From Patescibacteria group bacterium (GTDB taxonomy: Bacteria > Patescibacteriota > Microgenomatia > UBA12405), in assembly GCA_013387215.1 (NCBI GenBank), contig WARW01000022.1, positions 169,897 to 233,896 of the forward strand: a stretch of 64,000 nucleotides of DNA, read 5' to 3'. Numbering within the stretch: position 1 is the stretch's first letter; every line of letters begins with the position of its first letter. Made by a program: the position numbers and the translations under genes. Below, one piece after another: positions 29,605 through 39,578 of the stretch. The notes beneath the pieces were generated by a model that saw only the letters and a program-made list of their open reading frames with translations, ran no database searches and had not been told where the DNA came from.

Positions 29605-30255
29605 TTACCTGGAATAAAGAAGCTCGTCAATTGCGGTTTTAATGTTAGATAGGGAAAATCCTTTTCTGTACAAAAAAGCCGTAATTTTGTTTTTATATTC
29701 AAAGTTAGCCAAATTCTTTGGGTCTGACACTTTTTTGGCAAGCAACTTTTTGATTTTGTCCAAATCTGATTCTTCGCCAAATAGACTGGGAGATAAAGAA
29801 TCAACATTTATCCCTTCCTGCTGCAACAAATAAATTATTTCCCGCTTGGATTTTTTATAGTGCTTTTTAATAAAATAAGCGATATATTCATTATCGTTTA
29901 ACAATCCTTGGGATTTTATTTTTTGAATGCAATTAAAGGAAATTTCTTTTAAATCTGCCGAATTTTCTGGATATTTATATTTAAAAATAACCCGTTTCAG
30001 ATAGCCGCTGATTTTTTGATGCAATACTTTTTCAGTCTTCGGAGAAAGGGCAATTTGTTTGAGGCCATATTCCCAGGCGAGGTAGGATAGTGAGGCAGTG
30101 ATAATCTTATTAAACTTGGCATCATCAATTGCTTCTCCCGTTATTAAGGATAATTTTACAATATCATCGATAAAAAACGGGAAAAACAAACCAGTTGAGA
30201 ATTTTAAATAAACCCGACTAGGAAAACGACTAGTTTTGATAGCGGCGAGAATCAT
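29605..30255 (-). CDS. recX: RecA regulator RecX
   Basis: Three-repeat helical RecX fold; immediately downstream of recA. Confidence 0.65.
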   Translation of the reverse strand: MILAAIKTSRFPSRVYLKFSTGLFFPFFIDDIVKLSLITGEAIDDAKFNKIITASLSYLAWEYGLKQIALSPKTEKVLHQKISGYLKRVIFKYKYPENSADLKEISFNCIQKIKSQGLLNDNEYIAYFIKKHYKKSKREIIYLLQQEGINVDSLSPSLFGEESDLDKIKKLLAKKVSDPKNLANFEYKNKITAFLYRKGFSLSNIKTAIDELLYSR

Positions 30256-30260
30256 AATTA

Positions 30261-31355
30261 TTATTCTTCATCACCAGCACCTATTTTTACAGATGCATTT
30301 TCTTTGTTATTTTTAGCTTTTTCCCAAACTTTGGCTTTTACTTCTTCGGCGATGTTTTGATTTTCTTTTAAGAATCTTTTAGCGCCTTCACGACCTTGAA
30401 TGTTTTGGTCATTAATTTTGAAGAAAGCTCCAGATTTAGTGATAATGCCGTATTGAACAGCTAAATCGACTAGACCGCCGTATACTGAGATGCCTTCGGT
30501 ATTCATAATATCGAATTCAGCTTCTTTGAATGGAGGAGCGATTTTATTTTTAATGATTCTGGCACGATGCTGAGAACCAATGGATTCGCCTGATGGAGTT
30601 TTAATGTTAGCAATTTTTCTCAAATCGATTCTGACTGAGGAATAGAATTTTAGAGCTAAACCACCAGGAGTAGTTTCAGGATTACCAAACATTACGCCTA
30701 TCTTTTGGCGAAGTTGATTGGTAAAGATGACTACTGTTTTAGATTTAGAAATAGCGCCAGTGAGTTTTCTTAAGGCTTGAGACATCAAGCGAGCTTGAAC
30801 ACCCATCATAGAATCGCCCATTTCGCCTTCAATTTCGGCCTTAGGAACTAATGCGGCAACCGAATCGACAACGACGACATCAACAGCATTGGAACGAACT
30901 AATGTTTCAACGATTTCCAAGGCTTGTTCACCATTGTCTGGCTGAGAAATTAATAAACTATCGAGATTGACGCCAACAGTAGCGGCTCTTTCAGGATCCA
31001 AAGCGTGTTCGACATCAATAAATGCGGCAGTGCCACCCATTTTTTGGGCTTCTGCAATTAAGTGTAAACAGACAGTGGTTTTTCCAGAAGCTTCTGGTCC
31101 GAATATTTCACTAATACGGCCGCGTGGCAGACCACCAACACCAAGGGCAATATCAAGAGGAATACAACCAGTAGGAATAACTTCGACTGACATATCGGCT
31201 CTTCGGTCACCCATTTTCATGATGGCACCATCGCCGTAGGCTTTAGTAATTTGTTCCATAGCAACTCGAACTGCTTCGAGCTTTTTATTTTGAATGTTGG
31301 AAGTGTTTGTAGTCTCAGACTTTATTTTTGTTTTTTTCATTTTATCTTTAATCAT
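30261..31355 (-). CDS. recA: Recombinase RecA
   Basis: Walker [11 protein letters not shown]1/L2 loops; full-length similarity. Confidence 0.95.
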   Translation of the reverse strand: MIKDKMKKTKIKSETTNTSNIQNKKLEAVRVAMEQITKAYGDGAIMKMGDRRADMSVEVIPTGCIPLDIALGVGGLPRGRISEIFGPEASGKTTVCLHLIAEAQKMGGTAAFIDVEHALDPERAATVGVNLDSLLISQPDNGEQALEIVETLVRSNAVDVVVVDSVAALVPKAEIEGEMGDSMMGVQARLMSQALRKLTGAISKSKTVVIFTNQLRQKIGVMFGNPETTPGGLALKFYSSVRIDLRKIANIKTPSGESIGSQHRARIIKNKIAPPFKEAEFDIMNTEGISVYGGLVDLAVQYGIITKSGAFFKINDQNIQGREGAKRFLKENQNIAEEVKAKVWEKAKNNKENASVKIGAGDEE

Positions 31356-31572
31356 TTTTTATTTAACAAATATAGTGATAACAAAATTTGATCGCTTAAG
31401 TCAATAAGTAAAACCGAAGAAAAACCGAAGTTGAATTAAGTATAACATGATGTAGCTTGCTTAATGTTAAAATTAAAACGAAAAATCATAAGTTAATTTA
31501 TGTTTAGAAACTAGCGAATTTGTCTAGTGATTATTGGAAATTTAGATATGATTGAGTAAAATAGGATACTCT

Positions 31573-31646
31573 CGGGAATTGGCGCAATTGGCTAGCGCGC
31601 ACGGATGGGGTCCGTGAGGCTGCAGGTTCGAATCCTGTATTCCCGA
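31573..31646 (+). tRNA. tRNA-Pro (anticodon GGG)
   Basis: Manual cloverleaf: acceptor CGGGAAT/ATTCCCG, D stem GCGC/GCGC, anticodon stem CACGG/CCGTG with loop AUGGGGU, T arm GCAGG-TTCGAAT-CCTGT; CCA not encoded. Confidence 0.85.
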
Positions 31647-31793
31647 CTCAGTTTTGTAAACAAAACTTCGTCGGATTTCAGATCGATTAAGAAATATCGA
31701 TCTTCAACCCTACTCGCTTGTATTTTATGGATTTCAACTGGACTATATATATAGTAGATTTGATGTTTTTTGCTATAATTCTTAAATAATTAA

Positions 31794-32363
31794 GTGATAT
31801 TTATGGCCAAAATACTTTCAGAAATACATCATATCGTGGTAAAGATAAACGCTTTTTTGAGAAAATTTGCCAAAACAATTTTCAGAATTTTTGAAGTCAG
31901 CATTATTATTAAAGGAATCGATGGTATTTTGGAAATAATCGGAAGCGGAATTCTTTTTTATGTAGCCAAACCAGAAAGAATGGACAGGATTGTTCTTTTA
32001 TTAACCGAACATGAATTGAGCCAAGATCCAGATGATACTTTTGCCAATCTTATTACCGGATTGGGCCAACACTTGTCAGTGGGCGGCGCTAGATTTGGAG
32101 CAATATATCTTCTGGCTCATGCATGTATAAAAATATTTATGGTGACAATGCTTTTAAGTAAAAAGATGTGGGCTTATCCGGTAGTGGCAGTGGCATTAGT
32201 AGGATTTGCGGGTTACCAGATTTATAGATTTACCCATACCCATTCAGCTCCTTTAATATTCTTTTCCTGTTTTGATATTTTTACGGCAATTTTGACGATT
32301 CTAGTTTACCGACAATTAAAGAAAGAAGAATTACACCGCGCCAAAGTTCTTGCTACTGCCTAA
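31794..32363 (+). CDS. Hypothetical membrane protein
   Basis: 4 predicted TM helices. Confidence 0.4.
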   Translation: MIFMAKILSEIHHIVVKINAFLRKFAKTIFRIFEVSIIIKGIDGILEIIGSGILFYVAKPERMDRIVLLLTEHELSQDPDDTFANLITGLGQHLSVGGARFGAIYLLAHACIKIFMVTMLLSKKMWAYPVVAVALVGFAGYQIYRFTHTHSAPLIFFSCFDIFTAILTILVYRQLKKEELHRAKVLATA

Positions 32364-32894
32364 TTTTTCCAGTTTTTGGACTAAATCTGAGTCGTTTTTC
32401 ATTTTTGTAATATCTATTTCCATCTTTTTAGAAATAATCATACCTTGGATTATTCTTCTGGCTTTTAAGGCTTGATCTTTTTTAAGATATTTTAAAGTAA
32501 TAGGTGTGGTTGGTGAAGAAGCTTCAACAATATTTAAAGTAGCAAAAAATGGAACAACTACAGCCGTTACTTCGGCAATATTTTCAATATCGATACTTCT
32601 GATCCGGTCACTCAGAAAAAACATTTTAGAAATTACGTGAATTTGACTATAGTCGATAACAAGAGTGGTTGGAAAAATATCCAAAGGGAAAATGGTAGTA
32701 GTCCTAAAAATAACATTATTAGACAAAGATAATAAATTATCTAATTTTTGCTGATTAATGTTGGTATCTTTTGTGGTTTCCTTTTTAGCTTCGTTCATTC
32801 CTTCGGAAACCGGATCATTATCGGGATTTGCATCAGCTTTCAAATTGGTGCGGGAAGAAATGTTTTTGCTGTTTTCTGTGTCGGGCATGTTCAT
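32331..32894 (-). CDS. Hypothetical protein
   Basis: ORF only. Confidence 0.35.
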   Translation of the reverse strand: MNMPDTENSKNISSRTNLKADANPDNDPVSEGMNEAKKETTKDTNINQQKLDNLLSLSNNVIFRTTTIFPLDIFPTTLVIDYSQIHVISKMFFLSDRIRSIDIENIAEVTAVVVPFFATLNIVEASSPTTPITLKYLKKDQALKARRIIQGMIISKKMEIDITKMKNDSDLVQKLEKLGSSKNFGAV

Positions 32895-33036
32895 AATAAT
32901 ATATTAATTTCAGAAGAGGAGCTTAATAAGAAAGTTAGAATGCAGTAAGCATAGTTCTTTCTAAACTATTACCCGTTTCTTATTCGGACAAGAGACTTGT
33001 TGCCTAGAATTTAATTATTAATATTTATGGAATAAA

Positions 33037-33603
33037 TTGAACAAATCCATAGCAGCAATATTGGCGGTAGTGATATTAATGTTGGCAGGCGGGGTGGTGG
33101 CGGTAATAAAAAGAAATTTAACTTTACCATCTACTACAAATATACCAACACCAGAATTAATAAGTCCGGTTCCATCGGGCACACCAACTCAAATACCAAC
33201 TACCAATATAGTGGACACGCTTAATGAGTTGGGAGCTTTTAGATATTCAGTGGCAGCAATTAAATTAAGTAATCTGAATTCAGCTTTAAGCGATGGCGGA
33301 AATTACACTATTTTTGCACCGACTGATGATGCTGTGGCCAAGCTTTTCAATAATCAACCAAGTTTACCAAGGACCACAGCCGAAATAAATAAAATTGTAG
33401 GTTATCATGTGGTTTCAGGGAAAACTACATCGACAGATTTATTAAAGTCGCCTATTTTAAAAACTTTAGAAGGCCAGAGTTTAACAATAAAAATCAGCAG
33501 CATGTCGGCAACAGTTAATAATGCCCAAATTATTGATGTTGATATTCCAGCAAGTAACGGGGTTATTCATGTTATTGATTCAGTTTTAATTCCACCAAAA
33601 TAA
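33037..33603 (+). CDS. Fasciclin (FAS1) domain protein, membrane-anchored
   Basis: N-terminal TM, Pro/Thr linker, FAS1 motifs TIFAPTDDAV...YHVV..K......TLEG....I......V........NGVIHVID.VLIP. Confidence 0.75.
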   Translation: MNKSIAAILAVVILMLAGGVVAVIKRNLTLPSTTNIPTPELISPVPSGTPTQIPTTNIVDTLNELGAFRYSVAAIKLSNLNSALSDGGNYTIFAPTDDAVAKLFNNQPSLPRTTAEINKIVGYHVVSGKTTSTDLLKSPILKTLEGQSLTIKISSMSATVNNAQIIDVDIPASNGVIHVIDSVLIPPK

Positions 33604-33605
33604 TT

Positions 33606-34169
33606 ATGAGACCAATAATAATTGCATTGCTGGCACTTTTAGGAGTGTTGTTAATTGTTTTTTTAATAGTTAGAGCTAGCGGACCAATCAGTTTGGTTAC
33701 TAGCCCAACTCCGACTCCTAGCCAAATGCCAACTCCGACTCCTACCATAACACCTTCATATGCAATGACGGCCACAGTTACAGTTTCACCAATTACACCG
33801 GCGCCAACCAGTACGACTGGCATAACAGATGCTTTAAGCCACAATAATTCCTTAGGACTTTTTACAAAAGCAATTAATGATACCGGTTTGAATGGAATAT
33901 TGAATTCCGGCGATCCATACACTGTTTTTGCATTGGATAACAATAATATGCAGAGCATATTAAATAGTGCGGGCAGCAATACCAATATTTTAAACGATAA
34001 ATTAAAAATGCAAATTGTTTATGGAATTTTAGATAGCAATCAAATTAAAAATAGAATGACTTCCTTAAGCGGTCAAGATATTAGTCTTGGAAATGCAAAT
34101 GTGGATGGAACAATTCCAGTTAATAATGGAATAATTTATATTGTCAGCTCACCTGTAACTCCTCAGTAA
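33606..34169 (+). CDS. Fasciclin (FAS1) domain protein (tandem paralog)
   Basis: TM, TPTPT linker, TVFALDNNNM...NGIIYIV FAS1 motifs. Confidence 0.7.
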   Translation: MRPIIIALLALLGVLLIVFLIVRASGPISLVTSPTPTPSQMPTPTPTITPSYAMTATVTVSPITPAPTSTTGITDALSHNNSLGLFTKAINDTGLNGILNSGDPYTVFALDNNNMQSILNSAGSNTNILNDKLKMQIVYGILDSNQIKNRMTSLSGQDISLGNANVDGTIPVNNGIIYIVSSPVTPQ

Positions 34170-34187
34170 AAATGGTATATTTTAAAT

Positions 34188-34583
34188 GTGAGACATGGAG
34201 TTTTGTGGATTTTTATACTAATAATTATTGTTATATCAATATTTATTTATCATGACTTGGTTTACACCTACAAAGTGCTGCCGGAAACTATTGTTTTACT
34301 GCCAGATAAACTGACTGATATTGAAATTGCCGAAAATTGCCAAAGCGATATGAATTCTATTAAAGCGTGTCCAAACGGAGATTATATTTTTGAAAAAACA
34401 GATACATTAAGAAATGTGTATAATCACGGCAAATTCTTAGTTTATACCGACAAACTAGAAAACAACGGCTTTGAAATTACGACAACCAGAACCAATTCGA
34501 TTTTGTTTTATCTTCGAGCAATAACAAAGACCAGTTCGGGATGTACTGCTGAAGAAGCAAAAAACGGCTGCGACCATATATAA
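34188..34583 (+). CDS. Hypothetical membrane-anchored protein
   Basis: N-terminal TM, Cys-containing ectodomain. Confidence 0.4.
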   Translation: MRHGVLWIFILIIIVISIFIYHDLVYTYKVLPETIVLLPDKLTDIEIAENCQSDMNSIKACPNGDYIFEKTDTLRNVYNHGKFLVYTDKLENNGFEITTTRTNSILFYLRAITKTSSGCTAEEAKNGCDHI

Positions 34584-34607
34584 ATTAGATCTGTCAAAAT
34601 ATTTAAA

Positions 34608-35141
34608 ATGAACAATATTGAAGTTGAAATCAGAAGTTTTATTAGCAAAGAAAAATATGAAGAATTAATAAAGTTTTTTGATAAAAACGCAGAAAAACTA
34701 AGCGATGATTATCAGGAAACCTATTATTTTGATACACCGCAAGATTTGAGAATTCAGAAAAATAAATATTTTTCCAAAGTCTGGCTTAAGAAAGGAAAAA
34801 TCCATGATGAATCGAGAGAAGAAATTGAAATTAAATCAAAAGTTGAAGATTTTGAAAACTTAGAAAAGCTGTTTTTAGCTTTGGATTATAAAGTGAAAAT
34901 CAAATGGTTCAGAAACCGAACGGAATATAGGTGGCAAGAAATGAATGTTTGCATTGATTATTCAAAAGGATATGGATATATTGTTGAACTGGAAAAAATG
35001 AGTTCCGAGAAGGAAAAAGAAAATAGTCTGGAGTATTTGAAGAATAAATTAAAAGAACTGGAGATTCCTTTGACTTCACGAGAAGAATTTGAAAGAAAGT
35101 TCAAAGATTACGAGGATAATTGGCAAACATTAACTCAATGA
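34608..35141 (+). CDS. CYTH-domain protein (class IV adenylyl cyclase/triphosphatase fold)
   Basis: N-terminal EVEIRSF (ExExK-like) motif and YYFDTP..DLRIQK. Confidence 0.55.
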   Translation: MNNIEVEIRSFISKEKYEELIKFFDKNAEKLSDDYQETYYFDTPQDLRIQKNKYFSKVWLKKGKIHDESREEIEIKSKVEDFENLEKLFLALDYKVKIKWFRNRTEYRWQEMNVCIDYSKGYGYIVELEKMSSEKEKENSLEYLKNKLKELEIPLTSREEFERKFKDYEDNWQTLTQ

Positions 35142-35219
35142 ATTCTTGTGTAATTCTTATAATTCTTTGAAAATTGGCTGAGATAATTGTAATGAAGAAT
35201 TACAAATTCTTTTAAGGAG

Positions 35220-35474
35220 GTGATTATCAAAATGAATCGAGTTAATTCATTAGATTACGTTGCTCTAGTTTTAATAATCATCGGAGCGTTAAATTGGGGT
35301 CTTGTCGGCTTGTTTGGTTTTAACCTTATCGATACAATATTTGGTGCTGGAAGCATTCTTGCTAGGATAATCTATATAATCGTAGGTTTGGCGGGCTTAT
35401 ACACCTTGTATTTGATATCTAAAATCAGTTCAAGTATTGAAGAAAGATCAGGCAGACCTCACACCAGTACGTAG
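35220..35474 (+). CDS. DUF378 small membrane protein
   Basis: RBS AAGGAGGTGA; two TM with ALNWGLVGLFGFNLI signature. Confidence 0.65.
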   Translation: MIIKMNRVNSLDYVALVLIIIGALNWGLVGLFGFNLIDTIFGAGSILARIIYIIVGLAGLYTLYLISKISSSIEERSGRPHTST

Positions 35475-35481
35475 ATAGAGG

Positions 35482-36039
35482 TTACGCTTCGGGGTTGGCG
35501 GCAATTTGAGAGAGTTTTTCTTTTTGCTCTTCTTTGTATACTCTCATTGAATCAACAATGATTTGGCGAGCTTCTTTGCGTCCAAGCCAGCCTTTGACTT
35601 CAACATTTTTTTCTTCAAGACGTTTATATTCGGTGAAAAAGTGAACCAGTTCTTTTAGTATATGAGGAGATACGTCTTTAAGACTTTTAATTTCGGCATA
35701 ATTTGGATTTTTTAAAGGCACGGCAAGAATTTTTTCATCATCACCATGTTCATCAGACATGATTAAAACACCAATCGGTCTGACTTCCATTAGACAGCCA
35801 GTGAATACGGGGGAATTAGTTATAACCATAATATCAAGATGATCCCCGTCTTTAGAGCGGGTTTCAGGAATAAAACCGTAATCAACTGGATAGAACATTG
35901 GAGAATGGAGCACGCGGTCGAGTTTGATGATATCAAGTTCCTCATCATACTCATATTTATTGGAAGTTTGTTTTGCAATTTCAATAATTGCATTAACTAC
36001 TTTTGGTGCCTCTTCGCCAGCTGTAATCAAAGGATTCAT
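35482..36039 (-). CDS. ppa: Inorganic pyrophosphatase (family I)
   Basis: Conserved EIPxxSNxKYE (here EIAKQTSNKYE) and DGDPLDIMVI-like motifs. Confidence 0.9.
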   Translation of the reverse strand: MNPLITAGEEAPKVVNAIIEIAKQTSNKYEYDEELDIIKLDRVLHSPMFYPVDYGFIPETRSKDGDHLDIMVITNSPVFTGCLMEVRPIGVLIMSDEHGDDEKILAVPLKNPNYAEIKSLKDVSPHILKELVHFFTEYKRLEEKNVEVKGWLGRKEARQIIVDSMRVYKEEQKEKLSQIAANPEA

Positions 36040-36212
36040 AGTGCCGGAATTATAACACTTATAATATGTAAGTCAAATTTTGAATACATATTATATGTGT
36101 ATATCATTTTTATTTTTTCCCATATTTAAGGAATTATATTAGTTTATTAACTAATTGTATCAAACAGTATCAAAAAGCGAGTATAATCGAAGTATCAATA
36201 TAAAATACCCAT

Positions 36213-36437
36213 ATGACAATCTACATTAAGGTTAAGCCTGGGGCCTCTAGAAACGAAATAATCAAAAAGGATGAAAACCATTGGGAAGTCTTTGTGACTG
36301 TAACTCCTCAAAAAGGAAAAGCCAATAAAGCTGTGATTGATATTCTAGCTAAAGAGTTAGGAGTGCCCAAGTCGAGAATCAGCATTAAACAGGGATTAAA
36401 AAGTAAACTTAAGGCGGTCGAGATTCTGAACTTTTAG
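36213..36437 (+). CDS. DUF167/YggU family protein
   Basis: IKVKPGASRNEI...GKANKAVI...LGV motif typical of UPF0235. Confidence 0.7.
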   Translation: MTIYIKVKPGASRNEIIKKDENHWEVFVTVTPQKGKANKAVIDILAKELGVPKSRISIKQGLKSKLKAVEILNF

Positions 36438-36454
36438 GTTATAATTATTAAATT

Positions 36455-37426
36455 ATGGCCATAAATATTACCCCAAATGAACTAATCCGCGATCGTCATT
36501 TTTTAGTTGTCAGCAAAGAGACCAAACAAACCAAATCAGGTGATGCTTATTACGTTTTAGAATTAAGCAATTCGTCAGGTAAGATTGAGGCTAAAATTTG
36601 GAACAATAATATTGCCCACTGCAATTTTGAAGTTGGCAAAATAATAGAATTAAACGGAAAGTCACAAGAATACAACGGTAAAGTCGGATTGATTATTGAT
36701 AGCTGCCAGGTGGTCGATAATGAAGAAACCGCCAATTATTCCCCCACTGTGCCAACTTTAGTATTTGACATTGAAACTGTAGGCAAGAAGTTTGAAGAAC
36801 TGGATGCTAAAGAACAGGATTATTTGCTCAATAATTTGCTTAAAAATGATGAAGATAAAGAAGAAGCCAAAAAGAAAACAGCTTTATTTTCGATTTTTGG
36901 TTTTGTCTGTGCTATTGGCTGCTACAATCCCGGAACAGACAGAGGTATTGTTTTATGTTTAACTCCTGGCGAATCTAGAGAGCTAGTTCCAGAAAGCGAG
37001 GCTTATTCTTATGAATGTTTTGCTGATGAAAAAAACCTTTTAAAAAGATTTTGGGAAATAACCGAAAAATACGAGAAATTTGTTACTTATAACGGCGATA
37101 ATTTTGATTTTCCATATTTAATAATCAGATCAGGAATAAATAGAGTTAAGGTGCCAATGGCAATTAAAAAATGGTCGGATGATGTTATTGATCTGCAAAA
37201 TAAAATAAGACAAGGAAGCGGTCAACACAGCGCTTTTAAACTGGAAATGCTATGCAAGGCTTTTGGGGTGGAAAATCCAAAAGAAGCTGGGGTGTCGGGA
37301 GGTGAAGTTACTTCCCTATTTGAAAAGAAAGAATATAATACGATAGCTGACTATGTTTCCCGTGACGCATTCTCGACCAGCAGATTATATTTGATCTGGA
37401 AAGAATATATGAGCGGAGAAAAGTAA
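36455..37426 (+). CDS. OB-fold plus RNase H-like (PolB-exonuclease-like) predicted 3'-5' exonuclease
   Basis: N-terminal OB-like domain; LVFDIETVG (Exo I) and FVTYNGDNFDFPYL (Exo II) motifs. Confidence 0.5.
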   Translation: MAINITPNELIRDRHFLVVSKETKQTKSGDAYYVLELSNSSGKIEAKIWNNNIAHCNFEVGKIIELNGKSQEYNGKVGLIIDSCQVVDNEETANYSPTVPTLVFDIETVGKKFEELDAKEQDYLLNNLLKNDEDKEEAKKKTALFSIFGFVCAIGCYNPGTDRGIVLCLTPGESRELVPESEAYSYECFADEKNLLKRFWEITEKYEKFVTYNGDNFDFPYLIIRSGINRVKVPMAIKKWSDDVIDLQNKIRQGSGQHSAFKLEMLCKAFGVENPKEAGVSGGEVTSLFEKKEYNTIADYVSRDAFSTSRLYLIWKEYMSGEK

Positions 37427-37608
37427 ACTTATTATTTTTTTAATTTTATGGATATAAATCAAGAATTCGAGCAAGAATTAGTTTTTCAGGTGGAACCTGA
37501 AAATAAAAAAAGTAATAAAGAGGTTAAGACTAAGAAAATAACTAAGATTGCGACTGAGAATTTAAAAAAATTGGTTTTAGACAGATTAAACGAACGAACC
37601 GGCGAGTG

Positions 37609-37839
37609 CTAATTTTCGACAATATTGTCTTTTTTTTCCGAGGGAGTTGAGGAATAAAAGTCTGTTTTAGTGCTGGGAGCATTAACTTGATCGACGCTTA
37701 ATTTGATGATGTCGATTAGGGCTTCATCAAACTCTTTTTCCGACCAGCCTTTTTCAAGCAAAAGCTTTTTTATGGACTCAACCTTGACTCCTTCTTCGAG
37801 CTGGGCTTGAATATATTCAATTAATTCTTGATTGGCCAT
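37609..37839 (-). CDS. Hypothetical small acidic protein
   Basis: ORF with ATG; 76 aa. Confidence 0.3.
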   Translation of the reverse strand: MANQELIEYIQAQLEEGVKVESIKKLLLEKGWSEKEFDEALIDIIKLSVDQVNAPSTKTDFYSSTPSEKKDNIVEN

Positions 37840-37880
37840 ACCATATTATAGCCTAAAAAGAATGTTTTGTGTATTATTTA

Positions 37881-38690
37881 TTACAATATAAAGAAAGTGA
37901 TGATTGCCAAAATAAGTGTATAGATCCCGAAATACCACAATTTTCGGCTGACTAGCAATTTTTTTAAGACAGTTAGGGCACCAAGACCCACAAAAAACGT
38001 AACGATAAAGGCAATAATGTAGTTTAGTTGAAATACATTAGCGCCTACTAAATCTTTAGCGTCAAACACTAATGCCCCAAAAGAAGCAGGGATTAAAAGA
38101 CAAAAAGAAAAATTAAATGCATCAACGGCAGACAGACCAACCAATAAGCCAGCAAAAATAGTTGAACCTGAACGGGATACACCGGGCAATATGGCTACAG
38201 ACTGGAATAATCCAACTATTAAGGCTCTTTTCCAATCCATCCTGATTTCCTTTTTATATAAATATTTTGTGGATAAAATAAAAGCTGAAGTAACCAAGAA
38301 GAAAAGCGGCAAGATATGGGTGTTGGTAAAAACAGCATCGATTTTATGACGGAATATAAGGGTAACCAAAACTGTGGGCAAGGTGGCGATAATAATATAT
38401 TTTAAATTTTTTATAAAATATGGAATTTGCTTTCGGAAAAAGAAAAAGACTGAAAAAAGAGTGGCAGTATTAAGAAAAATATCAAGTGTGATTGATGGCT
38501 GAAGACCTAATAAATGCTGAAAAATGTTCAAATGGCCTTTTGAAGAGATTGGTAAAAATTCAGCGATTCCCTGAACTATACTTAAAACGATTGCTTGAAA
38601 TAAATTCATGTATTGATTATACAAGCTATTTTGAATTATACCTACCAGTATCTTGAGGATCAAAAAGACCGTTTGAATCATAACTATCAC
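37881..38690 (-). CDS. uppP: Undecaprenyl-diphosphatase
   Basis: GIAEFLPISSKGHL and PGVSRSG motifs; 8 TM. Confidence 0.85.
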   Translation of the reverse strand: MIVMIQTVFLILKILVGIIQNSLYNQYMNLFQAIVLSIVQGIAEFLPISSKGHLNIFQHLLGLQPSITLDIFLNTATLFSVFFFFRKQIPYFIKNLKYIIIATLPTVLVTLIFRHKIDAVFTNTHILPLFFLVTSAFILSTKYLYKKEIRMDWKRALIVGLFQSVAILPGVSRSGSTIFAGLLVGLSAVDAFNFSFCLLIPASFGALVFDAKDLVGANVFQLNYIIAFIVTFFVGLGALTVLKKLLVSRKLWYFGIYTLILAIITFFIL

Positions 38691-39561
38691 GAGAGATCAT
38701 GGAATCACACGTTTCTTCAAGCGGACACAGATCGTGCCTTTCTTTGTTGCAGCATTTACTGCCAATATACCAAAGAGTTTCCGAAACTTCACGGGTTTGC
38801 CAATTGTTTTCCAAACACATTTCAGACAACAAAGGCAGTAAAGTTCTAACCGAAACGTGATGAGTCCCAGTTGGTTTGTCCAGTTCAATTCCTTTGGTTT
38901 GAATCATAATTCTTGAAACCTGAAAATCAACAGGTATGCCGTTGTTTTGGGTGTTTTTTAATTCGTAAAAACCATATTGATCCACCCACTGAACAAATAA
39001 ACGTGATAATTTGGGACCGTAACGCCGGAAATCAGGTTTTTTTGAAGTTTTTGCTCTTGGTTTTACAACCAATGATTCAATTATTTTAGTAGAATCATCA
39101 TTATTGGCTTTAAAAAAATTCTTCATGTCTCCCCCAAATTTATTTTGAAGAACCGAACAATTATGAACCCATTGAGAAAAAGTAGTTTTGTTGTATCCCC
39201 CGGGTCTGAAAAAATTTTTACATTCTTTTTCAACATCAATGCCATTTGAATCGGCATCGAGTACTTTTTCCGGCTGAAATATCCAGGCATATTTGTTTAA
39301 TAGTTCTGCTTCAGAAAACTTTTTAAAAAACAACTCTGTGTTTTCTGCATGAATTAAACTGGTAGTAAAGAAAAGGGCATTTAAGGCAAAATTATCATCA
39401 TTGGTATTTTGTCCGTAATCTTTTATGAGTTTTATAAATTCTTCTTCAGGGGCTTTAATTTCTTTTTCAAAAATACCATATCTGTTTTCTCTGGCGTTTA
39501 AAGAGATTTGAATAGTATTATAAATTCTCTCTTTGTTTACGTTAATTCCTTCAATTGACAT
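38626..39561 (-). CDS. Hypothetical protein with C-terminal Cys cluster
   Basis: 311 aa; CCNKERHDLCPLEETC near C-terminus; no confident family. Confidence 0.4.
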   Translation of the reverse strand: MSIEGINVNKERIYNTIQISLNARENRYGIFEKEIKAPEEEFIKLIKDYGQNTNDDNFALNALFFTTSLIHAENTELFFKKFSEAELLNKYAWIFQPEKVLDADSNGIDVEKECKNFFRPGGYNKTTFSQWVHNCSVLQNKFGGDMKNFFKANNDDSTKIIESLVVKPRAKTSKKPDFRRYGPKLSRLFVQWVDQYGFYELKNTQNNGIPVDFQVSRIMIQTKGIELDKPTGTHHVSVRTLLPLLSEMCLENNWQTREVSETLWYIGSKCCNKERHDLCPLEETCDSMISRDSYDSNGLFDPQDTGRYNSK

Positions 39562-39578
39562 GGGATTATAAGAATAAT

